From the sequence record PQ349265.1: a DNA stretch of 64,000 bases; one strand, written 5' to 3'. The notes under the pieces are model-generated. The model was not told the origin of the DNA. It was given only the letters and a program-made list of their open reading frames with translations, and ran no database searches. Positions 1-9,924 of this stretch are shown piece after piece. Both the position numbers and the translations under genes were made by a program. Source of the DNA: Escherichia phage CJY920. Numbering within the stretch: position 1 is the first letter of the stretch; every line of letters begins with the position of its first letter.

Positions 1-70
1 ATACCTTGATAAAGTTAAGGCCGTGCATCGGCATAAAGTAAATACAGGGCAAAAATGATAGGAGGCCTTT

Positions 71-364
71 ATGGCCTTAAAAGCAACGGCACTATTTGCC
101 ATGCTAGGATTGTCATTTGTTTTATCTCCATCGATTGAAGCGAATGTCGATCCTCATTTTGATAAATTTATGGAATCTGGTATTAGACACGTTTATATGC
201 TTTTTGAAAATAAAAGCGTAGAATCATCTGAACAATTCTATAGTTTTATGAGAACGACCTATAAAAATGACCCGTGCTCTTCCGATTTTGAATGTATAGA
301 ACGAGGCGCGGAGATGGCACAATTATACGCTAGAATTATGAACATTAAATTGGAGACTGAATGA
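71..364 (+). CDS. rI: RI-like lysis-inhibition regulator (antiholin), N-terminal signal-anchor
   Basis: 97-aa ORF with hydrophobic N-terminus (ALFAMLGLSFVL) then soluble domain; matches my memory of T4 rI in size and sequence. Confidence 0.55.
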   Translation: MALKATALFAMLGLSFVLSPSIEANVDPHFDKFMESGIRHVYMLFENKSVESSEQFYSFMRTTYKNDPCSSDFECIERGAEMAQLYARIMNIKLETE

Positions 365-747
365 AATTCAGCGACTTTTCACAAAGTGGAAAACCTTCAA
401 AGGCAGATGAATACTTAGGTTTATTAATGGCTGCGCAAGCTTATTTTCATTCTGCGCATTTTGAAACTAAAAGTTATGCTAGACACAAAGCATACGATTT
501 TATTTTCTCTGAGTTGCCAGATTTGATTGACAAATTTGGTGAGCAGTATTTGGGGTATTCTGGTAGAAAATACACGCCGGCAATTCCGGATGCCAGTAAA
601 CTTCCTACTGATACAGTTAAAATGATTGATCGCATACTAGACCAATCTAACAGCATTTATAAAGAAATGCCTCCAGCCATTCAAAGCACGATAGATGATA
701 TTACTGGAATGTTTTACCAGAGTAAGTATCTTCTTTCCCTCGAATAA
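361..747 (+). CDS. hypothetical protein (128 aa)
   Basis: ORF with ATGA start/stop overlap to upstream gene; followed by hairpin terminator. Confidence 0.55.
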   Translation: MKFSDFSQSGKPSKADEYLGLLMAAQAYFHSAHFETKSYARHKAYDFIFSELPDLIDKFGEQYLGYSGRKYTPAIPDASKLPTDTVKMIDRILDQSNSIYKEMPPAIQSTIDDITGMFYQSKYLLSLE

Positions 748-751
748 CATT

Positions 752-776
752 AGTCTCCTTCGGGAGACTTTTTTCA
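752..776 (+). terminator. intrinsic terminator hairpin (UUCG tetraloop) plus T-run
   Basis: agtctcc-ttcg-ggagact followed by tttttt. Confidence 0.6.
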
Positions 777-784
777 TTTTACCG

Positions 785-814
785 GTTTACTTTCCATTTG
801 AGCTGTGATACTAT
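785..814 (+). promoter_or_regulatory. early sigma70-type promoter
   Basis: GTTTAC -35-like hexamer, about 18 nt spacer, TACTAT -10-like; same architecture recurs upstream of many genes in window. Confidence 0.5.
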
Positions 815-842
815 ACAACCATCGGATAAAGAGGAGAACATC

Positions 843-1031
843 ATGAAAATTGAAGCACTTAATCAAGAAGGAAATATCTACGTCATCATTAATGGTGATT
901 TTTTCGTCAACATGGATGAAGTTACTAGTGAAGAACTTGTAGAACTTCTTAAGAAACGCTATAGTATGTGTGATGAAGCTGCAACTCATATGGCGTGTGC
1001 AATATTTTCTCTTTCATATGTGGTGGAATAA
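843..1031 (+). CDS. hypothetical protein (62 aa)
   Basis: ATG preceded by GAGGAG Shine-Dalgarno; track ORF 798..1031 trimmed to first ATG. Confidence 0.5.
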   Translation: MKIEALNQEGNIYVIINGDFFVNMDEVTSEELVELLKKRYSMCDEAATHMACAIFSLSYVVE

Positions 1032-1213
1032 TGATTAGTATCAAACAAGCAGATAAAATTAAAGAATTGGTAGCTTTAATTCGCAAAGCAGATGAGGAAC
1101 GCATTAACTTTGCCTTATCAGGTATTGAAGAATTTGAAGCTAAAGTTGATAATGCTTTAGAAGCGTTAGATATGTTTCTTGATGAAATTATTGATCATAA
1201 TACGAGAGTTTAA
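1031..1213 (+). CDS. hypothetical protein (60 aa)
   Basis: TAATG overlap with upstream stop; helical-looking sequence. Confidence 0.45.
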   Translation: MISIKQADKIKELVALIRKADEERINFALSGIEEFEAKVDNALEALDMFLDEIIDHNTRV

Positions 1214-1215
1214 GT

Positions 1216-1410
1216 ATGCTAACACGCGAACAGTTTGAAAAAATCATTAAATTAGCACGTGATATTGAAATAGATTCATATCAATTAGCAGTTGAGCATT
1301 GTGAAGGATATTCATACGACGGTATAGAAGCAGCTAAAAAGGATTTGGATAAATCTAAAGCTAAGTTAGTTCAATATCTTGAAATGATTAGGTGGAATAA
1401 TGAAAACTGA
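1216..1410 (+). CDS. hypothetical protein (64 aa)
   Basis: ORF starting 2 nt after upstream stop. Confidence 0.45.
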   Translation: MLTREQFEKIIKLARDIEIDSYQLAVEHCEGYSYDGIEAAKKDLDKSKAKLVQYLEMIRWNNEN

Positions 1411-1573
1411 AAAGCAGATGTTTTTAATGAAGCTAATTGAAGAATATGCTAATGCAGTTTCTGACTATGAGTATTCTGCTCGGGAAAGAGGTACAGCTTT
1501 CGCCAAAGAAGAAATGAAAATCATGGTTGATGCTCATACAAAGCTTCAAAATTTTATTGAAAACGTCATTTAA
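1400..1573 (+). CDS. hypothetical protein (57 aa)
   Basis: short ORF below track threshold, ATG overlapping end of upstream ORF. Confidence 0.35.
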   Translation: MKTEKQMFLMKLIEEYANAVSDYEYSARERGTAFAKEEMKIMVDAHTKLQNFIENVI

Positions 1574-1575
1574 TG

Positions 1576-1605
1576 GTTTACAAGTTGGCAAGGTTATGAT
1601 ATAGT
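1576..1605 (+). promoter_or_regulatory. early sigma70-type promoter
   Basis: GTTTAC -35, TATAGT -10. Confidence 0.45.
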
Positions 1606-1740
1606 AATCTTGTCAACTGCCAAGGAGAAGAGAATGAAAATTTTGTTTGTTGTGTATGTGATGATTCAATATTATCACCCAATGTTTACTTATAATCTAG
1701 TGAACAACATTATTGATATTATTCAAAGGAGTATGTAATT

Positions 1741-2307
1741 GTGAGTGAGTCGAAGAGAATCAATATGAAACGATTAGTATTAGAAGTTAGTCCGCTTTTT
1801 GGTGAATTGGCTATAGAAAAAGTAAATAACATGTATCGTTTGACGCAAGAAGACGATATGCTGTATTTTACGCCTAGTGAAATCATTCATTTAACCCAAA
1901 TTGAATATCCTTATACTGATAAAATAGTAAGCATCAATGATGAGCATAAAATTCATTTTTATTCTTCATGCCCAGGATTTAATATTAAAAGTGAGTCAAT
2001 GTGTTTATCAGTTATTCATTGGGATAGTTTTATAGCTAAGATTAAATATTTTTATTATTCTAATGAAAGAAAACATAGTTTAAAATGGCTCAAAAATTGC
2101 AATGCTATTATTACTAACGCTTGCGATCAGTGCGATCAGAATGATGAAACTGTTTTAAACGTATCAAAATGTTATGAAGATGGAGATGTCTTAACTATTC
2201 GCCAAATTGACGATTTTCGATCACATATTGTCACATTTACCAAAGACGAAGCTATTGCGCTAAAGACTTATCTTGATTCTGTCATTCCAACTATGATTTC
2301 AAAGTGA
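1741..2307 (+). CDS. hypothetical protein (188 aa)
   Basis: ORF with GTG start preceded by AAGGAG; alternative ATG at 1765. Confidence 0.5.
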   Translation: MSESKRINMKRLVLEVSPLFGELAIEKVNNMYRLTQEDDMLYFTPSEIIHLTQIEYPYTDKIVSINDEHKIHFYSSCPGFNIKSESMCLSVIHWDSFIAKIKYFYYSNERKHSLKWLKNCNAIITNACDQCDQNDETVLNVSKCYEDGDVLTIRQIDDFRSHIVTFTKDEAIALKTYLDSVIPTMISK

Positions 2308-2381
2308 GGAAATATGTTTATTTCAAGTGGAACAGACATGTGTTATAAATGCAAAGCAAAATTAAATGAGACGAAGAACCA

Positions 2382-3161
2382 ATGAATTATACTAAAGTAT
2401 ATAATAATTTAATTAAGAAAGGAAAACTCAGAAAATTAGATAAATCTAAATTAAATTTTTATACGGAAAAGCATCATATTATTCCATCTTGTATTGGTGG
2501 TAATGATGATTCTGATAATTTAGTTTTATTAACAGCTAGAGAGCATTTTATAGCCCATTGGCTTTTAGCTAAAATTCATTATAATTCGCCTGGATTAATT
2601 TATGCATGGTGGTCATTTTATAATTTTGGAGAAGATTCTTTAGGAAGAAATCTCAAATTAACTTCAAGAGGATATCAGTTAGTTAGAGAAAAATTTTCAA
2701 AAATACATTCTAATACAATGAAAGAAATGTGGAAGTCTAATGAATACAGAGAAAAACGTTCGATAACATTAAGTCTTCCTGAAATAAGGGCTAAAATTTC
2801 AGAATCCCAGTTAGAAGCACAAAACAAACCGGAAGTTAAAGAAAAAATATCTAAAGGGGTGAAAGCTGCTTTTAAACGACCGGGAGTTAAAGAAAAACAC
2901 TCTGCTGCAGTCAAAAAATCTTTGAATAATTTTGAAACTAAAAAGAAACAATCAAATTCATCTAAAATTAGACAAAGAACTGGTAAACATTGGCAAGACT
3001 ATGACTTACTTTATAAGTTATGGATTAAATTAAATAGACCTAAACGTGGGTCATTCGGAACTTATATAAGTAAATTAGGATATCCAAAATCTAATTATCA
3101 TCGATTGATTGTACAATTTAATGAAGATTATGAAAGGTCTAATAATGAAAACTGTAGTTAA
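2382..3161 (+). CDS. Mob-type HNH homing endonuclease (MobD-like by position)
   Basis: N-terminal MNYxKxYNxLI and HHIIP..GG...N.V.LT..EH..H HNH motif; C-terminal DNA-binding tail shared with other Mob/Seg ORFs here. Confidence 0.8.
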   Translation: MNYTKVYNNLIKKGKLRKLDKSKLNFYTEKHHIIPSCIGGNDDSDNLVLLTAREHFIAHWLLAKIHYNSPGLIYAWWSFYNFGEDSLGRNLKLTSRGYQLVREKFSKIHSNTMKEMWKSNEYREKRSITLSLPEIRAKISESQLEAQNKPEVKEKISKGVKAAFKRPGVKEKHSAAVKKSLNNFETKKKQSNSSKIRQRTGKHWQDYDLLYKLWIKLNRPKRGSFGTYISKLGYPKSNYHRLIVQFNEDYERSNNENCS

Positions 3162-4155
3162 GTCTTATTTTGGTAGTCATCTTTATGGAACTTCTACTCC
3201 AGAATCTGATGTAGATTTTAAAGAAATCTTTGTTCCTCCTGCTCGTGATATTCTTATCGGAAATGTTAAAGAGCATATGAGTAAAAACACTAATAACACA
3301 TCATCTAAAAACACTAAAGATGATATTGACCATGAACTATACAGTCTTAAGTATTTCTTTAAATTAGCAGCAGATGGTGAAACTGTAGCATTGGATATGC
3401 TCCACACTCCACCTGAACTGGTAGTTAAATCTGATTTGCCTGATGTATGGAAGTTTATTCAAGACAATCGTTCTCGTTTTTATACGACTAACATGAAATC
3501 CTATTTAGGATATGTTCGCAAGCAAGCTTCTAAATACGGTGTCAAGGGTTCTCGTTTGGCCGCATTACGTGATGTATTGAAAGTAGTTAATCAAATCCCT
3601 GACCAGTGGGTTGATTACCAAGAAGACGGTTCTATTAAGCAACGTCGAACTAAAGTTGAAGATATTAAGCATCGTCTTCCAGAAAACGAATTCTGTGAAT
3701 GGGTGTTTCATAATCATGAGAAAACAGGCCCGCAAACGTTCTATACTGTGTTGGGTCGTAAATATCAGACAACGCTTTCTCTTATTGAGCTTAAGCAGTC
3801 TTTGAATAAACTTGATGCCGAATACGGTGAACGTGCTCGTAAAGCTGAAGCTAACGAAGGCATTGATTGGAAAGCTCTGAGTCATGCTTGTCGTGGTGGA
3901 CTCCAACTATTGGAAATTTACAAAACTGGCGACTTGGTTTATCCACTCCAAGATGCTCCGTTTATTCTCGACGTGAAGCTGAGTAAACATCCATTTAAAA
4001 CTGTTCAAGAGTTTTTGGAAGATGTGGTCGATCAAGTAGAAGCAGCATCCATTGAAGCTTCTAAGAACGGTATGCAGCAAAAAGTAGACATGGGTTTCTG
4101 GGATGACTTCCTTGAAAGGGTTTATCTTGAAAACCACCGAAGTTATTATAAATGA
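3145..4155 (+). CDS. Pol-beta superfamily nucleotidyltransferase-like protein
   Basis: GSHLYGTSTPESDVDF resembles the GS-x(9-13)-DxD nucleotidyltransferase signature; start chosen at ATG 3145. Confidence 0.55.
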   Translation: MKTVVKSYFGSHLYGTSTPESDVDFKEIFVPPARDILIGNVKEHMSKNTNNTSSKNTKDDIDHELYSLKYFFKLAADGETVALDMLHTPPELVVKSDLPDVWKFIQDNRSRFYTTNMKSYLGYVRKQASKYGVKGSRLAALRDVLKVVNQIPDQWVDYQEDGSIKQRRTKVEDIKHRLPENEFCEWVFHNHEKTGPQTFYTVLGRKYQTTLSLIELKQSLNKLDAEYGERARKAEANEGIDWKALSHACRGGLQLLEIYKTGDLVYPLQDAPFILDVKLSKHPFKTVQEFLEDVVDQVEAASIEASKNGMQQKVDMGFWDDFLERVYLENHRSYYK

Positions 4156-4157
4156 TA

Positions 4158-4182
4158 GGGAGCCTTCGGGCTCCCTTTTTTG
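4158..4182 (+). terminator. intrinsic terminator (UUCG hairpin plus T-run)
   Basis: gggagcc-ttcg-ggctccc followed by tttttt. Confidence 0.65.
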
Positions 4183-4204
4183 TTTAAAATGACGTCACAA
4201 AGTT

Positions 4205-4234
4205 GTTTACTTCTGCCGCAAAGCATATTATAAT
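4205..4234 (+). promoter_or_regulatory. early sigma70-type promoter
   Basis: GTTTAC -35 and TATAAT -10. Confidence 0.55.
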
Positions 4235-4280
4235 ATATGTGTAGTTAATTAATTGCTCTTTAAAAATTGAGGAGAATACA

Positions 4281-4766
4281 ATGCATATTTTAATGCAATG
4301 CCTTGGCAACAAAATTAATGATTTTAATCATAAGCGTGTTAATGATTACATTAAAGACAAACTTGAGATTAAAGACACACTTTTTAGAGGACTTACAATA
4401 GAGGAAGTGCTATCTTATAAGTTTGAAGTTAATAGGAGAATCAAATTTAAAAGAATAACTTCCTTTAGCAGTGAGTCTCATATAGCTGAAACGTTTGCGG
4501 CAGAACGCTATATGACTAATGTTTTAGTAGTGTTAAAAAATGCAAACGTTTTCGACTATTCGACTGCTATGATTGACATTTTAGAAAATTTAATCGCAAT
4601 TGAAGAATCTGGTCAAATTGACGATGATAAGCTTAACAAGCTTTATGATAACCTTTGTATGGTAGATTATGAAAGAGAGTTTTTACTGCCAATTAATTCT
4701 GAGTTAATAGTTAAAAACATATATTTTGATAGCAAAAAGAACATGCATATAGTAGAAATGGAATAA
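4281..4766 (+). CDS. Mod-like mono-ADP-ribosyltransferase paralog (R-S-E motifs)
   Basis: LFRG (Arg), SFSS (STS motif), EREF (ExE) in ModA/ModB-like spacing; VFDYSTAMIDI aligns with ModA AFNYSDHISDI at 43284; GAGGAG SD. Confidence 0.6.
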   Translation: MHILMQCLGNKINDFNHKRVNDYIKDKLEIKDTLFRGLTIEEVLSYKFEVNRRIKFKRITSFSSESHIAETFAAERYMTNVLVVLKNANVFDYSTAMIDILENLIAIEESGQIDDDKLNKLYDNLCMVDYEREFLLPINSELIVKNIYFDSKKNMHIVEME

Positions 4767-4776
4767 ATCAACACAA

Positions 4777-4802
4777 AGGGGGCCCTAGAGGTCCCCTTTT
4801 TA
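4777..4802 (+). terminator. intrinsic terminator-like hairpin plus T-run
   Basis: GC-rich imperfect stem (aggggg..cccct) followed by tttttatttc. Confidence 0.5.
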
Positions 4803-4826
4803 TTTCAAAAATTTTTTCACAAAACG

Positions 4827-4856
4827 GTTTACAAGCATAAAGCTTTATGGTACTAT
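4827..4856 (+). promoter_or_regulatory. early sigma70-type promoter
   Basis: GTTTAC -35, TACTAT -10. Confidence 0.5.
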
Positions 4857-4896
4857 ACAACTATCAACTACTGATACAGATTTGGAGAATAAAATG
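4849..4896 (+). repeat. conserved promoter-leader repeat, copy A
   Basis: ggtactatacaactatcaactactgatacagatttggagaataaaatg; near-identical copies at 28451, 49856, 63419. Confidence 0.7.
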
Positions 4897-5862
4897 AAAA
4901 CTGTAACTATCAATAAGGGTATCTACTTCGGTAAAGAAATCTCTGGAACTTTTGAGCTCTTAGGCGAATGGTTCCCAGATAATGCTCCGGTAGATGCACA
5001 AGGAGATGGTAAAGTTTTTGTTGAAATTGACGGTAAACGTCGCGGTGTTTGGGTTTACAAATCAGATATTTCATATGATGGTGTAAAAGTTGAAGAAGTT
5101 AAAGAATCATATGAAGATATGAAAACCCGCATTAATAAAAGATTTAATGTTATGGGAATGATGACGAACGGTATTATTAATGGAAATATTCGTTCATTAA
5201 TTATCTCTGGCGCAGCAGGTATTGGTAAAACGTATTCTTTAGATAAAGCTTTAAATAAAGCAAATGATATTGGATACATTGAATATAAAAGCATTAATGG
5301 TAAAATCTCTGGTATTGGTCTTTATGAACAGCTTTGGAATAATCGTGAAGAGAATTCTGTCCTTTTGATTGATGATGTGGATGTTTTCTCTGATATGGAC
5401 ATTCTTAATCTTCTAAAAGCTGCTCTGGACACTGGAGAGACCCGTAAAGTCTGCTGGAGCACTGCATCTTCTTACTTAGAAGAAAAAGGCATTGACCGTG
5501 AGTTTGAATTTAAAGGAACGATTGTTTTTATCACAAACGTTGACATTGACCGCGAATTAGACCGTGGTACTAAACTTGCCCCACACTTACAAGCATTGGT
5601 GTCCCGCTCAGTTTATTTGGATTTGGGTGTTCACACTAATGAAGAAATTATGGTCAGGGTTGAAGATGTTATTCTTTCAACTGACATGATGCAAAAGCGC
5701 GGTCTTTCTAGTGAAGAAACTTATAAAGCATTATCATGGATGAAAGTTAATGTTAATCGTTTACGCAATGTTTCACTGCGTACTGCTCTTTATCTTGCTG
5801 ACTTTATTATGACCGACAAAAACGGTTGGCAAGAAATCGCTGAGGTTACTCTTCTGAAATAA
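4894..5862 (+). CDS. AAA+/P-loop ATPase
   Basis: Walker A GAAGIGKT and Walker B LLIDDVD; start at ATG after GGAG SD. Confidence 0.7.
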   Translation: MKTVTINKGIYFGKEISGTFELLGEWFPDNAPVDAQGDGKVFVEIDGKRRGVWVYKSDISYDGVKVEEVKESYEDMKTRINKRFNVMGMMTNGIINGNIRSLIISGAAGIGKTYSLDKALNKANDIGYIEYKSINGKISGIGLYEQLWNNREENSVLLIDDVDVFSDMDILNLLKAALDTGETRKVCWSTASSYLEEKGIDREFEFKGTIVFITNVDIDRELDRGTKLAPHLQALVSRSVYLDLGVHTNEEIMVRVEDVILSTDMMQKRGLSSEETYKALSWMKVNVNRLRNVSLRTALYLADFIMTDKNGWQEIAEVTLLK

Positions 5863-5930
5863 ATTCATAAGAGGCCTTCTAAGACAAAAAGGCAGTTCAG
5901 AAATAGATTATATGGACTGCCATTAAAAAG

Positions 5931-6197
5931 ATGACTAGAACTAAACTGGTGAATGGAGGTAGTGATGTTATACTCAAAGACGGTTATAGATTTAGTGAAT
6001 ATATTTCCCCAGAGATGTATTCTTCAATAGAAAAAGGTGATAATATTACTGTAAGTTTACGTCCTTTCGACGTAAAACAGACACTGTTTGATAATATTGT
6101 TTGGTTCTTTGGGATGGTATTAGTTCAATCTGTGTGCGGTGCTTATGTAGTCTGTTCAATCATATTCTGTGTATTTAGTAAAATTGAAATTGAGTGA
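5931..6197 (+). CDS. hypothetical protein with C-terminal hydrophobic segment (88 aa)
   Basis: track ORF only; weak. Confidence 0.35.
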   Translation: MTRTKLVNGGSDVILKDGYRFSEYISPEMYSSIEKGDNITVSLRPFDVKQTLFDNIVWFFGMVLVQSVCGAYVVCSIIFCVFSKIEIE

Positions 6198-6204
6198 GGA
6201 AAAT

Positions 6205-7095
6205 ATGTCAGTAGCAATTAATAATGTCAATGCAGTAATTAAATCTTTAGTTAATAAAAAAATGATGAATGAATGGACTGTACTTCGCCGTGGAGAGCCA
6301 GATAAATTTTTTCATAGATTTAACCCAACTTTGGATTTGAATGTTATCGACAGAGATGTTCATGCTGAAATTTTAGATAAGTTTAAAGTTGATATTGGAT
6401 TTGGATTAGAAAAACATTTACAGCGAACAAATGGGTCTGGAATGAGTTTATCTAATCGCATTATGAAAGCCCTTAATAAAATTGGAGCGTTGTCTCGTAT
6501 TAATGCGAGTGAAATCCTTCGTAATTACAATAAAGGATATGACCTTTATGGTCGACTAATGCCAAAATTATCATTCGACCAAATGATTGCAGATTTGTGG
6601 GAAAATCAACGACGATTATTAGCATTGGGTGCTCGATTAGCTAAAGGTCTAGATAAACAAATGATTTTTAAGACCAATAATACAGAAGACCTTAAATGCT
6701 TTAAATTTAGTATTCGTGGAGATGATTATTACATCAGAGCTCACTCTACAGATTATGTTAATATGGGGCATCATCTCTGTTTAGCTTTTGAAGTTTTAAA
6801 AGAAGCTGGAACATTAGAATATTCATCTGGTGCAAAATGCCCTATTGGTTCAAGTTGTATTTTAATTTATCGCCCGGATGAATCCAGTTCAACTAAATTG
6901 CCTACGAAACCTGTACCAGTTCGTAGTAATGAAAAACATTCTGAACAAATTGATTATTTTAATAAACAGATTGAAGAGCTGAATATTTCTATTCAACAAT
7001 ATGACGATGAAATTTTCAGACTATCTGGATTGAGTAGTAAAGCTAAATCTGAGCGTGAAAAGTTAATTAAAATTGTTGATTTACTTAAATCTTAA
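6205..7095 (+). CDS. hypothetical protein with C-terminal coiled coil (296 aa)
   Basis: long ORF, ATG after GAGGA SD. Confidence 0.6.
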   Translation: MSVAINNVNAVIKSLVNKKMMNEWTVLRRGEPDKFFHRFNPTLDLNVIDRDVHAEILDKFKVDIGFGLEKHLQRTNGSGMSLSNRIMKALNKIGALSRINASEILRNYNKGYDLYGRLMPKLSFDQMIADLWENQRRLLALGARLAKGLDKQMIFKTNNTEDLKCFKFSIRGDDYYIRAHSTDYVNMGHHLCLAFEVLKEAGTLEYSSGAKCPIGSSCILIYRPDESSSTKLPTKPVPVRSNEKHSEQIDYFNKQIEELNISIQQYDDEIFRLSGLSSKAKSEREKLIKIVDLLKS

Positions 7096-7103
7096 GGAAC
7101 ACC

Positions 7104-8132
7104 ATGAAAACTCGTTCTCAAATTGAAGATATGGTTCGTAATGCCAGCTATACTCGTAATGTTATGACATTTTTGTGTGAAAATAATTTAGACCCTGATA
7201 AAGTTAATCGTGTTATTCATCACTTTAAGTATACGAATAGCAGTGAATGGGTGCGTAATTTTAGTAAAGCGGGGTATATTACACAAATGACTGCTCGTGA
7301 GCAGCTCACCGATTTCTGTAAAACTATTGATTATAAAAATCCTTTATTTGTTCAAGGCGTTGGTCAAAGTAAGGTCGATTTATCATCTGGATTTTTCAAT
7401 CCAAATCATTATCGTATTGAATGGAGATTTATTGCTCTGTTCCGTAGACAATTAAAGCAAATTTTATCAACTGCGAGTCGATTAAAAGGTTCTGATATTA
7501 ACTTAAAGAACCTGAAATTTGATGGTTATACTCTTCAGATGGAAGTAAGACCATTAAAAGAAAATAACAGAACTGCACGAATTAGCTTTAAACCTAATAC
7601 AAAAAATTCTCTTTCAATTTGCGAATGCCTTAAATCACAGTTGACAGAAGCATTTAAGTATATGGATGTTGTTGCTGCTGTTCAGTCTAAGATTTCACAA
7701 CATTTCGAACGATTTAAATTAGACACAACAACATATGAACTTGATATGATCGTTTCATTTAAATATGAATTTTTGAGAAAGGACGAAGTCCCGCAAGAGA
7801 AAAAGCAAGAAGTGCAAGATAACTTAAATTTAAATTTATCTAATTACTCATCAAACGATCCTAAATTTTGGATGTATAGTTCAGGTAATAAGGATGCATG
7901 GAAATTCAATAAAGTGAATTTTCTTCCTGATGAAAATCCGAGTCTTAAACCTGTTGAAAAATGGCATGCAGATGCGATTGAGAAGTCTATAAAGGCAGTA
8001 GATGATGAACTCGTTAAAGCAACTAATGAAGTGTTAGAAGCTGAAAAGATGCTAGAAAAAGCTCAAGAAAAAGTCAAAAATCTCACGAAGCAACGTTCTA
8101 AACTGAACAATGCACTAAATGCACTAAACTAG
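7104..8132 (+). CDS. hypothetical protein with C-terminal coiled coil (342 aa)
   Basis: long ORF with SD. Confidence 0.6.
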   Translation: MKTRSQIEDMVRNASYTRNVMTFLCENNLDPDKVNRVIHHFKYTNSSEWVRNFSKAGYITQMTAREQLTDFCKTIDYKNPLFVQGVGQSKVDLSSGFFNPNHYRIEWRFIALFRRQLKQILSTASRLKGSDINLKNLKFDGYTLQMEVRPLKENNRTARISFKPNTKNSLSICECLKSQLTEAFKYMDVVAAVQSKISQHFERFKLDTTTYELDMIVSFKYEFLRKDEVPQEKKQEVQDNLNLNLSNYSSNDPKFWMYSSGNKDAWKFNKVNFLPDENPSLKPVEKWHADAIEKSIKAVDDELVKATNEVLEAEKMLEKAQEKVKNLTKQRSKLNNALNALN

Positions 8133-8161
8133 TTTACTTTGCCACAAGGATGTGGTATAAT
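8132..8161 (+). promoter_or_regulatory. early sigma70-type promoter
   Basis: agtttactttgccacaaggatgtggtataat; nearly identical copy at 55488. Confidence 0.55.
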
Positions 8162-8189
8162 GTTCTTACTTTCTACTGAGGAGATTAAT

Positions 8190-9116
8190 ATGACTCGTAA
8201 ACATTATATTGATTATTTTAACAGTCTTATTACTAAACATCGTAATTATCAGATAGGACACAGAGCAGTAATCAATAATATTCTTCGTGATTTCCTTCAA
8301 TATGTTGGCCAGGAAAATCATATATGTAAAGATACACAGAACGCTTATTCTCATTCGTTAGGCAATTTGCTTCAATGGTTTAAACGTTCTCGTCTGTTAT
8401 CTTCTACTGTAGCTAGTGATAACATTAAAAACTTTATGAAGCCGAGCTTCATTAAATCTGCGACATCTATAACCGATTTGGTTGAATTTACCATTGTTAA
8501 CGATGTTAAAAAGACCCATTTGGCTGATTGGTTATCTACCATTCCTGAAACTAAATTTGCCGATAAATTCGCTTGTCAATTCAATGACCAAGTGAATATG
8601 CTTTTTAAGCATGCTCGTAAACTATTTACCGCGGGTGATGACCGTACAAATACAGTTCATGTTAAGGACTGGGTTATTGCTGATGAAGTAACACACAAGC
8701 CAGGCGGTTCATCAGTATTAATTAATATCCAGGTTCCTTATTATTACTCACGTAATCTCGGCACCATGACAGCTAGAGAAATTAATAAGCATAACAAAAC
8801 TATTCGTTCGTTGTCTTATAAACTCTGCACGATGGTGGAGATGATGGACGTAGTGGAAATGTATGATGAAACCGAAGATAATGGTTCAATGTTATACAGT
8901 TCACGTATTCTAATTAAACTGAAGAATCCTAATACATATAAGCCAGTTGTAAAAGAACCTAAAATAGAAAAAGTTGATAACTTGAGCGAAGAACGTGAAT
9001 ATCTCAATGCTCGTTTGATTGAAGTTGAAGCCCAGATTGCCGAACACACCAAATTGTTAAAAGCTCTTAATGCAAAAGCAAATGGTTTACGTAATGCTAT
9101 TGAGGTATTGAAATGA
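8190..9116 (+). CDS. hypothetical protein with C-terminal coiled coil (308 aa)
   Basis: ATG after GAGGAG SD downstream of promoter. Confidence 0.6.
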   Translation: MTRKHYIDYFNSLITKHRNYQIGHRAVINNILRDFLQYVGQENHICKDTQNAYSHSLGNLLQWFKRSRLLSSTVASDNIKNFMKPSFIKSATSITDLVEFTIVNDVKKTHLADWLSTIPETKFADKFACQFNDQVNMLFKHARKLFTAGDDRTNTVHVKDWVIADEVTHKPGGSSVLINIQVPYYYSRNLGTMTAREINKHNKTIRSLSYKLCTMVEMMDVVEMYDETEDNGSMLYSSRILIKLKNPNTYKPVVKEPKIEKVDNLSEEREYLNARLIEVEAQIAEHTKLLKALNAKANGLRNAIEVLK

Positions 9117-9430
9117 AAAAGCGTCTATTAGAAGATATTGCAGCTTCAAGTAATTCCAGTCTAATTAAAATTATTATGGCTGGTGAAGAAGACGATCTGG
9201 AAATGCGTGGAAAGATTCATGGTTGCGATGATTTAGACTTTAAACCTCCAGCTTGGGATGCCATTATGGTTATGGTTGAACGTCGTGAAAGGGCTTCTAA
9301 AAACGTTCCTAATTGTCCTGAATGCGGTACTGAACAGGTACAATTAGTTCATTGGCAGACTAGTATTCTTCGTTATAAATGTCGTCATTGCAAACACCGA
9401 TTTAACCGAGAAGAAAATGACAAAGCGTAA
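9113..9430 (+). CDS. zinc-ribbon protein (CPECG...CRHCKH)
   Basis: four Cys in CxxC-x(n)-CxxC arrangement; ATGA overlap. Confidence 0.55.
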   Translation: MKKRLLEDIAASSNSSLIKIIMAGEEDDLEMRGKIHGCDDLDFKPPAWDAIMVMVERRERASKNVPNCPECGTEQVQLVHWQTSILRYKCRHCKHRFNREENDKA

Positions 9431-9659
9431 AGAATATATGGAGATTGCTGAAAAAGCAGTCCGTGAATTAGCAATAGCGTATTATAATGAACATGGTAAA
9501 TTTCCTGATAGATACAGCGTGCTTAAATCTGCTTTAAATCGTTCATATAAAAATATGCTATCAGAAGTAAGTGATATTATATACAAGCATAAAGAACAAA
9601 CTGGCCAAAGTCTTGATTACGACGAGACTTTTAAACAAGTACTAGGAATTAAGGAATAA
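9417..9659 (+). CDS. hypothetical protein (80 aa)
   Basis: track ORF. Confidence 0.5.
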   Translation: MTKRKEYMEIAEKAVRELAIAYYNEHGKFPDRYSVLKSALNRSYKNMLSEVSDIIYKHKEQTGQSLDYDETFKQVLGIKE

Positions 9660-9660
9660 T

Positions 9661-9924
9661 ATGTTTAAAGTATATGGTTATGATAGCAACATCCACAAAT
9701 GCGTGTATTGCGATAATGCAAAACGTCTTTTGACTGTGAAGAAACAGCCGTTTGAATTTATCAATATTATGCCGGAAAAAGGTGCTTTTGATGATGAGAA
9801 AATCGCTGAGCTTCTGACGAAACTAGGTCGTGATACTCAAATTGGTTTGACAATGCCGCAAGTATTTGCTCCTGACGGAAGTCATATTGGTGGATTTGAC
9901 CAATTGCGGGAATACTTTAAATGA
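9661..9924 (+). CDS. nrdC: NrdC thioredoxin/glutaredoxin
   Basis: 87 aa MFKVYGYDSNIHKCVYCDNAK...; CxxC redox motif; matches remembered T4 NrdC. Confidence 0.9.
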   Translation: MFKVYGYDSNIHKCVYCDNAKRLLTVKKQPFEFINIMPEKGAFDDEKIAELLTKLGRDTQIGLTMPQVFAPDGSHIGGFDQLREYFK

